A DNA stretch of 64,000 nt from Elusimicrobia bacterium GWA2_51_34 (GTDB lineage: Bacteria > Elusimicrobiota > Elusimicrobia > Elusimicrobiales > UBA9959): assembly GCA_001799565.1 (NCBI GenBank), contig MGTS01000002.1, forward strand, positions 6,645-70,644, in the 5' to 3' direction. A program made the position numbers and the translations under genes. A model generated the notes under the pieces. The model saw only the letters and a program-made list of their open reading frames with translations, searched no databases and was not told the DNA's origin. This document shows, piece after piece, positions 38,092-48,229 of the stretch. How positions within the stretch are numbered: position 1 is the stretch's first letter; each line of letters starts with the position of its first letter.

Positions 38092-40289
38092 TATTGTTTG
38101 CCTCCTATAAAGCTCCTCAGACGCTTAAAATCGATCCCTACGTTTTTTTTGGCCGCCGCTTTTATGATATCTCCGCTGTTTTTGGGGCTTATCATATTTA
38201 TGTCGGGCTTGTTCATTTTGCCTTCAATGGTAAAAGCAAGCGCCGGTTTGCCGCTTGAGTCCGTCATGGCTTCCGGCAGGCTTCCCATATCGTAGTACTT
38301 ACTGGATATTGTATAAATTTTAAGCTTCATGGTTTCGTCTGAAAAATTAAGCTCGCCTTCGGCGTAGGTGGAAAAATCCCTTCCTTCCATGAAAAAATTT
38401 TTCACCTGCACGCGGCCCGAATTAAGCATATAGTCCCCGCCCATGGAATTAAAAGCCGCTTCTTTCAGTTTGTAGCCGAACTTAAGCGCACCCATGCGGT
38501 TCATGCGGTAAACTAAAAGAATGGGCATAGAAACTATGTAGAAAACGCGGTCCCGCTCCGAGGTTTTCTGCACATCGTAGAAAGTGCCGCTGCCGGTTTT
38601 TATTGACACCGGCCCTTTGACTTTCTCAATAGAGCCAGTAATATTTTTGAGGTTCGCCGATAAGTTAAAGTTCCTCGCGTCAAAATATTCATGCTTGAAA
38701 AAATCCGCCTTGTAAAGCAATTTAAAGGACGAGAATCCGCTGGGAACCGAATTCTTCATCTTTCGTATCCAGGCTATTTCCGATTTGTATGCTGTTTTTT
38801 TTCCGCTTCTTTGCACGAGTTTTTTAAAATCAAGTATGAAATTCCAGGCTTCTTTATAGGTGAGCGCCGAAGAGTAGCCTATAAAATCAACAGCTTTTTT
38901 GTCGGTTAGGGGGGCGTGTATGGCTATTCGGCCGCGCAACGGTTCGCCGTTCAGCCTGCCTGAATAATTTATGTCAAAAAGTTCTTTTGAAAGGCTTGTC
39001 TTTGCGTCCAGCCCGGTCAGTTTTGCCTTGCCCAGGGCAAATTTGCCTTTTGTTATATTGAGAAGGTTGCGTTTGAGATTCTCTCCGAGAAGCACTGAAA
39101 AATCCGCTTCCTGACAGCGCAGGTCCTTATACGTGAAAGAGGTTTTGTAGGAGTTCAGCGTGAGATTTAAAAGACTGGAGCCGTTCGGTCCGCCGGAAAA
39201 ACTCACGCTCCCTTTCGCTATTCCCCAGGCGCCCGTTACCGGCAGGCCAACACCCGATTTTTCCAGGCGAGCCAGGTTAAAGGCCGGGACCGACGCGTTG
39301 ACAGCGTAGGAAAAGGCGGGAGAGCTGAAATCAAAAGTTCCGCGCGCGTTTATTTTAAGCGGGGCGATGTAAGCGGAAACCGCTGCGACTTTAGTGGAGA
39401 TAAACACCGAGTTTATCTCCCAGGTGGTGCGCGGCGCGTAAAAGTTGTGCGGCGAGCGCCAGAAGGCTGAAATTTCGGAGGAGTTGAAATCCTGAAGTTC
39501 CACTTTCAGTTTTATTTCCGGGTGCCTGAAATTTTTTAATTTTCCGGTTATCCGCGCGGACTTGTTAAGCAGGGAGATCTCTGTTTTAAGCTCGTCCACA
39601 GAAGCCTTCTCCCAGTCAAAACCGGCCAGGTTAATGGAACCCTCCGAGTAGAGGCGCCCCTCGTAATATTTGCCCGGCGTAGTGTTTTTTAAAAAAAACG
39701 CGACGGAGAATGTGGCGCTTTGGCCGGGCGTAAAATCGTTAAGTTTGATGTTCACGTTTTCAAGCGCGTATTGCCTGGCGCTGGTCTGGTCTTTTATCAC
39801 AAGCGTGCCGTCTTTTATTTCGGCCTCGTTTATCTTATCCAGCCGGTTCGTTTTAGGCGTGCTTCTGTAAGCCGTTACAATATCGGATAAATTCCAGGTT
39901 TTGTCTTTTTTTTTCAGCAGGGTTATTTTCGGCGCGACGAAAACCAGGCTGTTTATTTCAATTTTTTTGTTTATGAGCGGCAGAAAGCGGTATGCGGCGT
40001 AAATATAATCGGCTTCAATAAAGTTTTGCGCGGCGGCATCCGGTTCTATAACTTTTAAACCTTTTATTTTTATCTCTCCGGTTAAAGAGAGCCTGGCGTA
40101 TTCTATATGCACCGTCCGTTTAAAAAGTTCCTGCAGCTGGTTGGTGACAACGGCTTCAAGGTCTGAAGGCTTGAACATCACCTTTACCGTTATCAGGGCC
40201 GTAACCGCCAGAAGCGCCGCGAAAAGCAGTGGCAGGACTATAAGCCTGGGCAGTATTTTCTTTGTCAGCTTTATGACCCTGTGTTTCAT
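38091..40289 (-). CDS. AsmA-like envelope protein
   Basis: N-terminal TM anchor, P.I.L.K..D.TWNLSD motif, beta-rich, C-terminal FTIEGKMNKP. Confidence 0.7.
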   Translation of the reverse strand: MKHRVIKLTKKILPRLIVLPLLFAALLAVTALITVKVMFKPSDLEAVVTNQLQELFKRTVHIEYARLSLTGEIKIKGLKVIEPDAAAQNFIEADYIYAAYRFLPLINKKIEINSLVFVAPKITLLKKKDKTWNLSDIVTAYRSTPKTNRLDKINEAEIKDGTLVIKDQTSARQYALENVNIKLNDFTPGQSATFSVAFFLKNTTPGKYYEGRLYSEGSINLAGFDWEKASVDELKTEISLLNKSARITGKLKNFRHPEIKLKVELQDFNSSEISAFWRSPHNFYAPRTTWEINSVFISTKVAAVSAYIAPLKINARGTFDFSSPAFSYAVNASVPAFNLARLEKSGVGLPVTGAWGIAKGSVSFSGGPNGSSLLNLTLNSYKTSFTYKDLRCQEADFSVLLGENLKRNLLNITKGKFALGKAKLTGLDAKTSLSKELFDINYSGRLNGEPLRGRIAIHAPLTDKKAVDFIGYSSALTYKEAWNFILDFKKLVQRSGKKTAYKSEIAWIRKMKNSVPSGFSSFKLLYKADFFKHEYFDARNFNLSANLKNITGSIEKVKGPVSIKTGSGTFYDVQKTSERDRVFYIVSMPILLVYRMNRMGALKFGYKLKEAAFNSMGGDYMLNSGRVQVKNFFMEGRDFSTYAEGELNFSDETMKLKIYTISSKYYDMGSLPEAMTDSSGKPALAFTIEGKMNKPDINMISPKNSGDIIKAAAKKNVGIDFKRLRSFIGGKQ

Positions 40290-40987
40290 GAGCGTATATA
40301 TATTCTAGCAGTATTAATAATATAAATCGCCGCTTTGTGCAAAAAGGCGGCTATTCCCTTTGTGCACGAGGCTACCTCGGCCAGATAACTTTTAAAGCTT
40401 AAAAGCTCAGGGAACATCAGTTTGATTATTGCCGCCGCAAACAGCGAGTTAAGCAGCAGCAGCGCCGTATATGAAAAAAATCTGCCTCCGGCTTTTTTTA
40501 TGTCGCTCTGCAGCGGGCCCGTCAGTATTTCGATCGTGCTTAAAGCGTGAAAAGAAAGAAAAAAACCGCTAAGGGCGAGAAAATACGGCCTTGCTGGCCT
40601 AATGTCAACAAAAAAACCGGCCAGAAAATACAGCAGTCCCGCAGCTACCGCGTAAAAAGGCACGAAATACGGCGCCAGAGTTATAAATGTGTTGGTAGAA
40701 TCCGTCAAGACATATCCGCTATGTTTCTTTACCGAAATTTTTTTAATTTTAGCTCCGCTCAAGAGGGCCGCCAGCGCGTGGCTGCATTCGTGGGCCATTA
40801 CGTAAGCGCAGCCGTTTTTTGAGAGAGGCTTGTGGATGACAAGGTGTACTGCCGCGCCCAGAAGCAGCGGAAGGGTTACGTTTACGCGCGAAAAGGCGTC
40901 AAATAAAAACACCGCCGTAGAAGCGGCGGCGGCGAGTGCCGGGACCAGGAGCAGAAGCGCCAGGAAAGTCTTACTAATGGTTTTCAT
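40286..40987 (-). CDS. M50-like membrane metallopeptidase
   Basis: Multi-TM with HECSH (HExxH) and LAPY motifs. Confidence 0.7.
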   Translation of the reverse strand: MKTISKTFLALLLLVPALAAAASTAVFLFDAFSRVNVTLPLLLGAAVHLVIHKPLSKNGCAYVMAHECSHALAALLSGAKIKKISVKKHSGYVLTDSTNTFITLAPYFVPFYAVAAGLLYFLAGFFVDIRPARPYFLALSGFFLSFHALSTIEILTGPLQSDIKKAGGRFFSYTALLLLNSLFAAAIIKLMFPELLSFKSYLAEVASCTKGIAAFLHKAAIYIINTARIYIRS

Positions 40988-41093
40988 TGGAATGATTGGT
41001 AAAGTTAGAGTAGGTAGTAGATAGTAGGTGGTAGGTAGGGAAGCGGTAATCTTTACATCCTGCATGCTACATACTACCTGCTACCTACTTTTC

Positions 41094-41552
41094 TTAGTCA
41101 ACCATCCAGTCCTCAAATTTTATGTTTTTAGAGCGCAGTTCCGTTTTCCAGGAGTTTTTTGCGGCGCCAAGTTTCTCACGGGCCAGGGCGCACCACTTAT
41201 TTTCCGGCCGGCAAAAAGCGGAGGAGGCGGTTTTATACCAGATGTAAGCGTATTTGGCTGAACTCTCATGTATGAGAAAGTCTTTTTCGGTTTCAAGACC
41301 GGAGAGTTCTTTTTCAAGTTTTTCCGGGGCCATGCCGCTTTTTTTAAGGGCAATCGTTTTTTTTGCGTAGATATCGTGGAAATACAGCTTTTTTATTTCC
41401 GGCCTGCGCTGCCATTCGGAGTAGCGCTCGGCCGTGAGCCAGGCGCTTTTTGCCCTGGCCCGCAGATCCAAAACAGCCGCGCCTGAGAAAAAAATCGCGG
41501 CCGCCGACAACACAAACAATGTTTTCAGGGTTTTATTTCCCGCCTCCATCAT
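41094..41552 (-). CDS. Hypothetical membrane-anchored protein
   Basis: N-terminal TM; overlaps the upstream response regulator stop. Confidence 0.6.
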   Translation of the reverse strand: MMEAGNKTLKTLFVLSAAAIFFSGAAVLDLRARAKSAWLTAERYSEWQRRPEIKKLYFHDIYAKKTIALKKSGMAPEKLEKELSGLETEKDFLIHESSAKYAYIWYKTASSAFCRPENKWCALAREKLGAAKNSWKTELRSKNIKFEDWMVD

Positions 41553-41980
41553 TTGCCGGCGTCCGGATTTTTAACGGCGGGGCGGGTTTTAAGGAGCGTG
41601 TGCAGAAGGGCGCAAAGAACCTGCGGCTTTATGGGCTTCTCAATGAAATCTTTCACATTCGGTTCCTGTTTTATCATTTCCGAGGTGGAGCGGTCGGTGT
41701 AGCGGCCGGTTACTATCACTATCGGAATGTCCACGGTATCATCACATTGCAGTTCGCGCAGTATTTCAAAACCGCCGTATTTTGGCAGCATCAGGTCAAG
41801 AAGTATCAGGTCCGGGTGAAGAGATTTGGCTTTGTTAAGGGCTTCTTCCCCGTCGGCCGCTTTTTCAATCTTGAAACCTTCCTTGCGTACTATAAAATCC
41901 ATCAGTTCCCTGACAGAGTCGTCATCATCAACTACCAGCACCAGCTTTTCCCCGGGATTTCCAAAATCTGTGTTTTCCAT
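41549..41980 (-). CDS. Single-domain response regulator
   Basis: VDDD, LDLMLP, VTG, EKP. Confidence 0.9.
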   Translation of the reverse strand: MENTDFGNPGEKLVLVVDDDDSVRELMDFIVRKEGFKIEKAADGEEALNKAKSLHPDLILLDLMLPKYGGFEILRELQCDDTVDIPIVIVTGRYTDRSTSEMIKQEPNVKDFIEKPIKPQVLCALLHTLLKTRPAVKNPDAGK

Positions 41981-42005
41981 TTTTGCTTCTCCTCCCCCGC
42001 CTTAA

Positions 42006-42034
42006 AGCAAAAAGGAGTCAGACTCCTTTTTGCT
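42006..42034. terminator. Perfect palindrome, terminator-like
   Basis: AGCAAAAAGGAGTC-A-GACTCCTTTTTGCT. Confidence 0.55.
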
Positions 42035-42173
42035 GTCACAAGAGCACAAGTCACAGGTCACAAGTAAAAGGTTGCAGATGACAAAGTCTGATAGCAGTAG
42101 AACCTGATTTCCGACTTCTTGTTCACGCCCTCCCACTTTCTAATCCTTTCTTTGTGCCTTTCCCACTCAGTCT

Positions 42174-42404
42174 TCAAAGATTCGTCGTTACCAGTGTCTC
42201 CGTAGTCTGCACGCCGTGGATGCCGCGCACTTCGCGCACAATCAGTCCGCTTAGTTTATCTATGGTGTCTGATTCCGTCACCATAATAGCGTCCCAGCCG
42301 CCGAAGGTCATATAAACATCCTTCACGCCGTGTATGCTTTTTATCTGTTGAACAGCCTTCTGCTCAAGGCCTGCCACCAGTTTACATAAAACGAATGCTA
42401 TCAT
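42174..42404 (-). CDS. Stand-alone Lrp/AsnC ligand-binding (RAM) domain protein
   Basis: AFVL...GV..V..TFG.WD...VR.I.GV.TTETL; GGAGG RBS. Confidence 0.85.
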   Translation of the reverse strand: MIAFVLCKLVAGLEQKAVQQIKSIHGVKDVYMTFGGWDAIMVTESDTIDKLSGLIVREVRGIHGVQTTETLVTTNL

Positions 42405-42516
42405 AAAGCCTCCCTCATGGTACGTCTATTGCCATATGCTATAGGCCATAAGCCATAATTTATAAGGAGTTCCTTGAAGCCTATGGCCTATGGCTTCAGG
42501 CTTATGGCGCTGTTCC

Positions 42517-43248
42517 CTATATTCTTTCGTTCCAGGCGGCTCCGGCGTATTTTGAGCGCGCCAGTATCCTGATCTTTTCAAGTGTTTCACTGTCCGCGCC
42601 GTTAGTATGCCAGGTAAGGCCGAATTCACCGCCAAGGGCTTTTAAAATAATGTTTCTGTGAAAGCCGGCGTTGCCGCGCGCATCCCCGGCTTGAAAAGAG
42701 GCCTGGTAAAGCATGCGGTCTCCGAACTTGCGCAGAGCGCCCCCAAGCACTTTTTTCCCATTATACAAAATATCCATATTAACGGGCTTCAAAAAACAAT
42801 CCAGCACAGGGTCGTTGACGGCATAGTTTTTTGTCTTTTCGTCCAACAGAGAAAAATTGACGCCGGCGGATTCGTAGGCTGAGTTTATTGACTTGTGCAG
42901 ACGGTTATAGGTTTTGCCCGGCTCAAAATATACGCCCGGTCCGGGAAAAATAAAAGAAAAGGTAAGGTCTGTTTCGTGTATGACTATGCCGCCGCCGGTT
43001 GGCCGTCTGACCATGGCCGGGGGGGCTTTCCCGCCACTGCCGCTTTGGCGGGTGGCGGAGGCTCCGGCTGATACGGCGGCCAGCACGGCCGCGTGGCGCT
43101 GGGAGTAGCCGAAAGTGACGCCGGAGCCTTTCCAGTTGTAGAAACGGAGGATATGCTGCGCCGGCAGGGTTTCGCAAAGCGTTTCGTCAGCCGCCATCTG
43201 TTCATAAGCGTCAAGTGGCGGAGTTTCAATTATTAGACCTTTAATCAT
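42517..43248 (-). CDS. Lipoate-protein ligase / octanoyltransferase (LplA/LipM family)
   Basis: MAADE, LRFYNW, VRRPTGGG..IH, GKKVLGGA; next to gcv genes. Confidence 0.88.
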   Translation of the reverse strand: MIKGLIIETPPLDAYEQMAADETLCETLPAQHILRFYNWKGSGVTFGYSQRHAAVLAAVSAGASATRQSGSGGKAPPAMVRRPTGGGIVIHETDLTFSFIFPGPGVYFEPGKTYNRLHKSINSAYESAGVNFSLLDEKTKNYAVNDPVLDCFLKPVNMDILYNGKKVLGGALRKFGDRMLYQASFQAGDARGNAGFHRNIILKALGGEFGLTWHTNGADSETLEKIRILARSKYAGAAWNERI

Positions 43249-43397
43249 GGTACATCTATTTCTGCTGCCGTTTCTGCTGCCATACGCCGTAGGCCGTACG
43301 CTATAAGCTTTTAAGGAATTCCTTAACTGGCCTATGGCTTAAAGCTTATGGCAATAGCCGTATCTAAAACTTAGGGCTTATGGCGCTGGTAACTCTG

Positions 43398-44852
43398 TTA
43401 CCAGCGGAGGTTCGGCTGTCTTGCGGCCTGCACTTCATCCAGCCGTTTTACCGGCATCGTTTGCGGGGCATCCTTTAATTTCTGCGGGTTGTTTAAAGCT
43501 TCCGCGCTTATTTTTTTCATGGCCGAGGCAAACTCTTCCACGGTTTCCCTGGTTTCCGTCTCGGTCGGTTCTATCATTATGGCTTCATGCGCGATGTGGG
43601 GAAAATAAATAGTGGGCGCGTGAAAACCGTAATCCAGCAGGCGCTTGGCTACGTCAAGGGTCGTTATTTCCTTAGCCATCATTTCAGGCGAGGGCGCAAG
43701 CACGCATTCGTGCATGCAATGGTCTTTGGAATGCGAGGGGTAATAATCTTTAAGCAGCGCTTTGGCGTAGTTGGCGTTTATAATCGCGTTTTCGGATATT
43801 TCGCCCAGCTCACGCGGGGAATGCATGAGTAGATAAGCGTACGCTTTTAAAAGCACGCCGGTGTTGCCGAAGAAAGCCTTTACTTTGCCTATTGACAGCG
43901 GCCGGTTGAAGTCCGCGCAGTAGCGGTTTCCTTCCTTTTTTATTACCGGCACCGGCAGATAGGCGTCTAAATATTTTTTTACCGCTATGGCGCCGGCGCC
44001 GGGGCCTCCGCCGCCATGCGGCGTTGAAAAGGTTTTATGCATATTTAAGTGCATTATATCCACGCCAAGTTCACCGGGCTTTATCATGCCAATCATCGCG
44101 TTGAAATTAGCGCCGTCCATGTAAACAAGAGCTCCGGCCTCGTGGACCATTTTTGATATGGTCTCAATGCCGGACTCAAAAATGCCGAGAGTGTTGGGGA
44201 TAGTGAGCATTACCACCGCTGTTTTCGGGCCAAGATGCCGCTTTAAAACTTCCAGGTCCACCCTGCCGTCGGGGCCTGAGTCTATATTAATGGAGGAAAA
44301 GCCCAGCATGGCGGCGCTGGCGGGGTTGGTGCCGTGGGCGGAATCCGGCACTATTACCTCCACCCGGTCTTTTTGGTTTTTATGTGCGAAATAAGCTTTA
44401 GCCGCCATAAGGCCGGCAAATTCGCCATGGGCGCCGGCCGCGGGCTGCAGTGTTATGGCTTCCATGCCGCAAAGTTCGCATAACAAAGTTTGCAGATTGT
44501 AGAGGCATTCAAGGGTGCCCTGCGCGGCCTCGTCCGGCGCCATCGGGTGAAGGCCGGTAAAACCGTCCAGGGCCGCTATGTCCTCGTTAACCCGCGGATT
44601 GTATTTCATGGTGCAGGAGCCTAGCGGATAAAAATGACTGTCAAGCGAGAAATTAATTTTTGAAAGCCGGGTGAAATGGCGCACCACGTCAAATTCCGAA
44701 AGCTCGGCGAGCCTGGGCGCGGTTTTACGCCGCAAATTTTCCGGGATGGGGGGGGCGCTGTGTTTAAGCCGGCCTTTGAATTTGAGCGCCCGCCTGCCGG
44801 GAGAGGATTTTTCAATGCTGAGCCGGTTGTCAAGTGTTGTTATATCTTCCAT
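43398..44852 (-). CDS. gcvPB: Glycine dehydrogenase subunit 2
   Basis: PLGSCTMKYNP, AGAHGE, HGTNPASA, HLNMHKTFSTPHGGGGPG; start uncertain (44852-44888). Confidence 0.96.
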   Translation of the reverse strand: MEDITTLDNRLSIEKSSPGRRALKFKGRLKHSAPPIPENLRRKTAPRLAELSEFDVVRHFTRLSKINFSLDSHFYPLGSCTMKYNPRVNEDIAALDGFTGLHPMAPDEAAQGTLECLYNLQTLLCELCGMEAITLQPAAGAHGEFAGLMAAKAYFAHKNQKDRVEVIVPDSAHGTNPASAAMLGFSSINIDSGPDGRVDLEVLKRHLGPKTAVVMLTIPNTLGIFESGIETISKMVHEAGALVYMDGANFNAMIGMIKPGELGVDIMHLNMHKTFSTPHGGGGPGAGAIAVKKYLDAYLPVPVIKKEGNRYCADFNRPLSIGKVKAFFGNTGVLLKAYAYLLMHSPRELGEISENAIINANYAKALLKDYYPSHSKDHCMHECVLAPSPEMMAKEITTLDVAKRLLDYGFHAPTIYFPHIAHEAIMIEPTETETRETVEEFASAMKKISAEALNNPQKLKDAPQTMPVKRLDEVQAARQPNLRW

Positions 44853-45016
44853 GATGCTTTCCATTGGTAACTGTTTAGGCTGTGTCATCGATGGCAACTG
44901 AAGGCTACGGAACGCTACGGAAAGCAACTGAAAGTAAGAAAGAAAACTGTTTTATTCTCTTACCTTCCGTGGCATTCAATTGCTTTCTTTTGCTTTCCGT
45001 CGCTCTCAATTATCAT

Positions 45017-46354
45017 TTAAGCAGTTGCTTCCCTTACGGCTTTTTCAAGGCGCGCAATATCTTTTTCGGTTTTGGTTTCTGTGGCACAGACCAGAAGCGT
45101 TTCACCCAGTTCCGGATAAAAATCCTTAAGCGGCAGTCCGGGGTCAATATTTTCTTTCTCTATAAGGCGCGAGCGCAGTTCTTTTGCGGCGCATGGCAGC
45201 GCCAAAGTGAATTCGTTGAAGAATGGGCCCTTGAACTTAAGGCTTACGCCTTTTATGGAGCAAAGCCGCTCGGCGGCGGCATGGGCGGCGTCGAAATTAG
45301 CCTGCGCCAGTTCTTTAAGGCCCCCGGGGCCCAGCAATGCCAGGTAAATAGTGGCGCCAAGCGCGCACAAGGCTTCGTTTGAACAGATGTTGGAAGAGGC
45401 CTTGTCGCGGCGGATGTGCTGCTCACGGGCCTGCAGGGTCAGCACAAATCCCCTTTTCCCGTTTTTGTCTTTTGTCATGCCGGCAAGTCTGCCGGGCATT
45501 TGCCTGAGGTATTCTTTTTTACAGGTAAAAATGCCCAGATAAGGCCCGCCGTAGTTTAAAGGAAGCCCGAGGCCCTGGCCTTCGCCCACGGCAAAATCCG
45601 CACCTTGCGCGCCGGGGGCGGTAAATAAAGCGAGGCTTACTGGGTCGGCCGCCGCCACAAACAGGGCGCCTTTGGCTTTTGTGAGCGCCGAAACTTTGCT
45701 GAAGTCTTCAGCCAGACCGAAAAAATTGGGGCTTTGGAGCGCCGCGCAGGCTGTTTCCCGGTCAAGCAGCCCTTCAAGTTTTTCCAGGTCAAGGCAGCCG
45801 TCTTTATGCGGAATCTGTACGAACTTGTAATCTTCTCCGGGCGGGAAATAGGTTTTAAGAGTCTGTAGATACTGCGGGTGAACGCTTTGCGCTATCAGCA
45901 CCTTCTTTCTGCCGGTAATCCTTACCGCTGAGCGCACGGCCTCGGCAAATGAGCTGGCTCCGTCGTACATTGAGGCGTTGCCGTAATCCATTTCATAAAG
46001 CGCGGCCATGGAGCTCTGATATTCGTAAATAGTCTGCAATATGCCCTGGCTCGCTTCGGGCTGGTACGGGGTGTAGGCGGTAAGAAATTCCCCGCGCGAG
46101 AGCAGGGCTTTAAGCGCCGCCGGGATGTAGCGCTCATAAGCGCCCGCTCCCACGAAGCTTTTAAGCTGTTTGTTTCTGGCGGCCAGCTCCCGCATGGCGG
46201 AAGCTGTCTGCATTTCATCCAGCCCTTCCTGGGGTAATTTAAATTCGGGATAAAGGAACTTTTCAGGCACCTGTTTTACCAGGTCCTTGAAGGAGTTGAC
46301 GCCTATGGTTTTAAGCATCTCCTCCCTGTCTTTTTTAGTGTTGCCGATAAACAT
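45017..46354 (-). CDS. gcvPA: Glycine dehydrogenase subunit 1
   Basis: FLTAYTPYQPEASQG, NASMYDG, LQAREQHIRR.KASSNICSN. Confidence 0.96.
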   Translation of the reverse strand: MFIGNTKKDREEMLKTIGVNSFKDLVKQVPEKFLYPEFKLPQEGLDEMQTASAMRELAARNKQLKSFVGAGAYERYIPAALKALLSRGEFLTAYTPYQPEASQGILQTIYEYQSSMAALYEMDYGNASMYDGASSFAEAVRSAVRITGRKKVLIAQSVHPQYLQTLKTYFPPGEDYKFVQIPHKDGCLDLEKLEGLLDRETACAALQSPNFFGLAEDFSKVSALTKAKGALFVAAADPVSLALFTAPGAQGADFAVGEGQGLGLPLNYGGPYLGIFTCKKEYLRQMPGRLAGMTKDKNGKRGFVLTLQAREQHIRRDKASSNICSNEALCALGATIYLALLGPGGLKELAQANFDAAHAAAERLCSIKGVSLKFKGPFFNEFTLALPCAAKELRSRLIEKENIDPGLPLKDFYPELGETLLVCATETKTEKDIARLEKAVREATA

Positions 46355-46466
46355 CAGGAAACTCCTTGGCAGGTCACAGGTCGGCTTAGTCTCAAGTTTC
46401 AGGTTACAAGTCTCAAGCAAACTCTCATTCTTCACTTGTGACTTGTGACATGCAACTTGTGACTTT

Positions 46467-46856
46467 TTAATGTACTCCCTGCTTTATGAATTCCTGGTAG
46501 GCGTTCCAGTCCATGAGAGTTTTAAGGTCCTCCGGATTGGCGGCTTTCATCTTAAACAACCAGCCTTTCTCAAGCGGGGACTGGTTTATTATGGCAGGGT
46601 CGCCTGTTACCGCGGCGTTAACGGCCGATACTTCTCCGGCCACCGGGGCGTAAATGTCAAAAGCGGATTTCACGGATTCCACCACCGTGCAGGGTTTGTC
46701 TTTTTCAAGCTTCTGGTTCATTTTCGGCAGTTCCACAAACACCACATCTCCCATTTCATGCTGGGCGTGGTCTGAAACGCCCACAAGAGACTGGTCGCCT
46801 TCAAGCGCTATCCATTCGTGAGTTTTGGTGTATCTTGCTTCTTCCGGTTTAGGCAT
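46467..46856 (-). CDS. gcvH: Glycine cleavage H protein
   Basis: YTKTHEW, GDVVFVELP, lipoyl motif VESVKS. Confidence 0.96.
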   Translation of the reverse strand: MPKPEEARYTKTHEWIALEGDQSLVGVSDHAQHEMGDVVFVELPKMNQKLEKDKPCTVVESVKSAFDIYAPVAGEVSAVNAAVTGDPAIINQSPLEKGWLFKMKAANPEDLKTLMDWNAYQEFIKQGVH

Positions 46857-46949
46857 AATTGATCTCCTTTAAATCAAACAAAAGTTGAGAGATGGGGAAA
46901 AATCCTTCTCTTCGTCTTTACTATCCACTAACCACTCGCCACTAACCAC

Positions 46950-48062
46950 TTATTTGAACGCTGTTCCTTTATAAAAAGGGGTTTTTTGAACCTGGGCCTT
47001 AACGCGCCTGCCGTGAATTTCCACCTCAAGCAGTTCTCCATTTTTAAGATTCGGCATGCTAAGGTAGCCGAGGCCGATACCCTTTCTCAAAGTGGGAGAA
47101 TAGGTGGCGCTGGTGAATTCTCCTATCTCTTTGCCGTCCTTAAAAATTTTGCAGCCGCTTCTTGGCACGCCGCCTTCGGTCAGCGTCACCCCTGTCAGTT
47201 TGAGGCTGACGCCTTCTTTTTTCTGCCGTTCAAGGATACTGCGGCCCATAAACTCACCCTTGTCCAGACATACGACCCAGCCGTAATTAGTCTCGTAGGT
47301 AGTGTGATTGTCGTCCGCGTCCTGGCCGTAAAGCAGATAGCCGGCTTCAAGGCGCAGGGTGTCGCGCGCGCCAAGGCCGCAGGGAACCATATTATAGGGT
47401 TTTCCAAGCTCCATCAACTGTTCCCAAATCTGTGCAATAACCGGGTGGGGGGCGGTGATTTCAAAACCGTCTTCCCCGGTGTATCCGGTGCGGCTCACAA
47501 AACAGTCCTGGCCGAAAAGCTTTTTTTCCACAATGCCGAAGCGCGGCAGCTTAAGGGCTTCAGGGGCGAAGGTTTTGAAAATATCAGGCGCTTTCGGGCC
47601 CTGTACGGCCAGCATGGAATAAGCGTCGCTTTTGTTTTCAATGGTTACCTCCATTTTTCCGGCCTGGGTTTTCAGCCAGTTGTAATCTTTTGTGGAGGTG
47701 GTGGCGTTCACTATTACCAGATAGCGGTTAAGCGACAGGCAGAAAGCTATTATGTCGTCCACAAGGCCGGCGGATTCGTTGGTAAGATGGGAATATACTC
47801 CCTTGCCTGTAACAGCCTTGCGCAGGTCATTGGCGTTAGTGCGCTGTAAAAGTCTGAAGCTCTCGGGGCCGCTTACAAAAATCTGCCCCATATGTGAAAC
47901 ATCAAAAATGCCGGCTGAAGTTCTTATGGCGTTATGTTCCTTTAATATTCCTTCAAACTGCATGGGGAGTTCCCACCCGTGGAAATCCACCATCTTGCCG
48001 CCGTACTTGCGGCATATTTCGTTTAAAGCTGTTCGTTTTAACTTGTCCGCGGTAATATTCAT
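46950..48062 (-). CDS. gcvT: Glycine cleavage aminomethyltransferase T
   Basis: FDVSHMG, RTGYTGEDGFE, GLGARDTLRLEAG. Confidence 0.96.
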   Translation of the reverse strand: MNITADKLKRTALNEICRKYGGKMVDFHGWELPMQFEGILKEHNAIRTSAGIFDVSHMGQIFVSGPESFRLLQRTNANDLRKAVTGKGVYSHLTNESAGLVDDIIAFCLSLNRYLVIVNATTSTKDYNWLKTQAGKMEVTIENKSDAYSMLAVQGPKAPDIFKTFAPEALKLPRFGIVEKKLFGQDCFVSRTGYTGEDGFEITAPHPVIAQIWEQLMELGKPYNMVPCGLGARDTLRLEAGYLLYGQDADDNHTTYETNYGWVVCLDKGEFMGRSILERQKKEGVSLKLTGVTLTEGGVPRSGCKIFKDGKEIGEFTSATYSPTLRKGIGLGYLSMPNLKNGELLEVEIHGRRVKAQVQKTPFYKGTAFK

Positions 48063-48080
48063 ACTGTCTAGCCTCCGGCT

Positions 48081-48114
48081 GTGCCGTAACAGACGCTACG
48101 CGTATCAGACGGCC
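48081..48114 (-). repeat. 34-nt structured repeat, copy 2 (gcvT leader)
   Basis: Minus strand GGCCGTCTGAT-ACGC GTA GCGT-CTGTT-ACGGCAC. Confidence 0.8.
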
Positions 48115-48229
48115 TTCTGGCGGGTTTTGGGGGCCCGTGTATATTCTTTTATAACAAAATTGAGCGTGCCGGGGCAAGGGAACCGGGGGAATCAACAATT
48201 CTTATGTTTCCCGCGAGCAGGTTTGGAAA

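Noticed and set aside
48063-48229. Glycine riboswitch upstream of gcvT
   Set aside because: No GGAGA/CCGAAG/CTCTCAGG aptamer core on the minus strand
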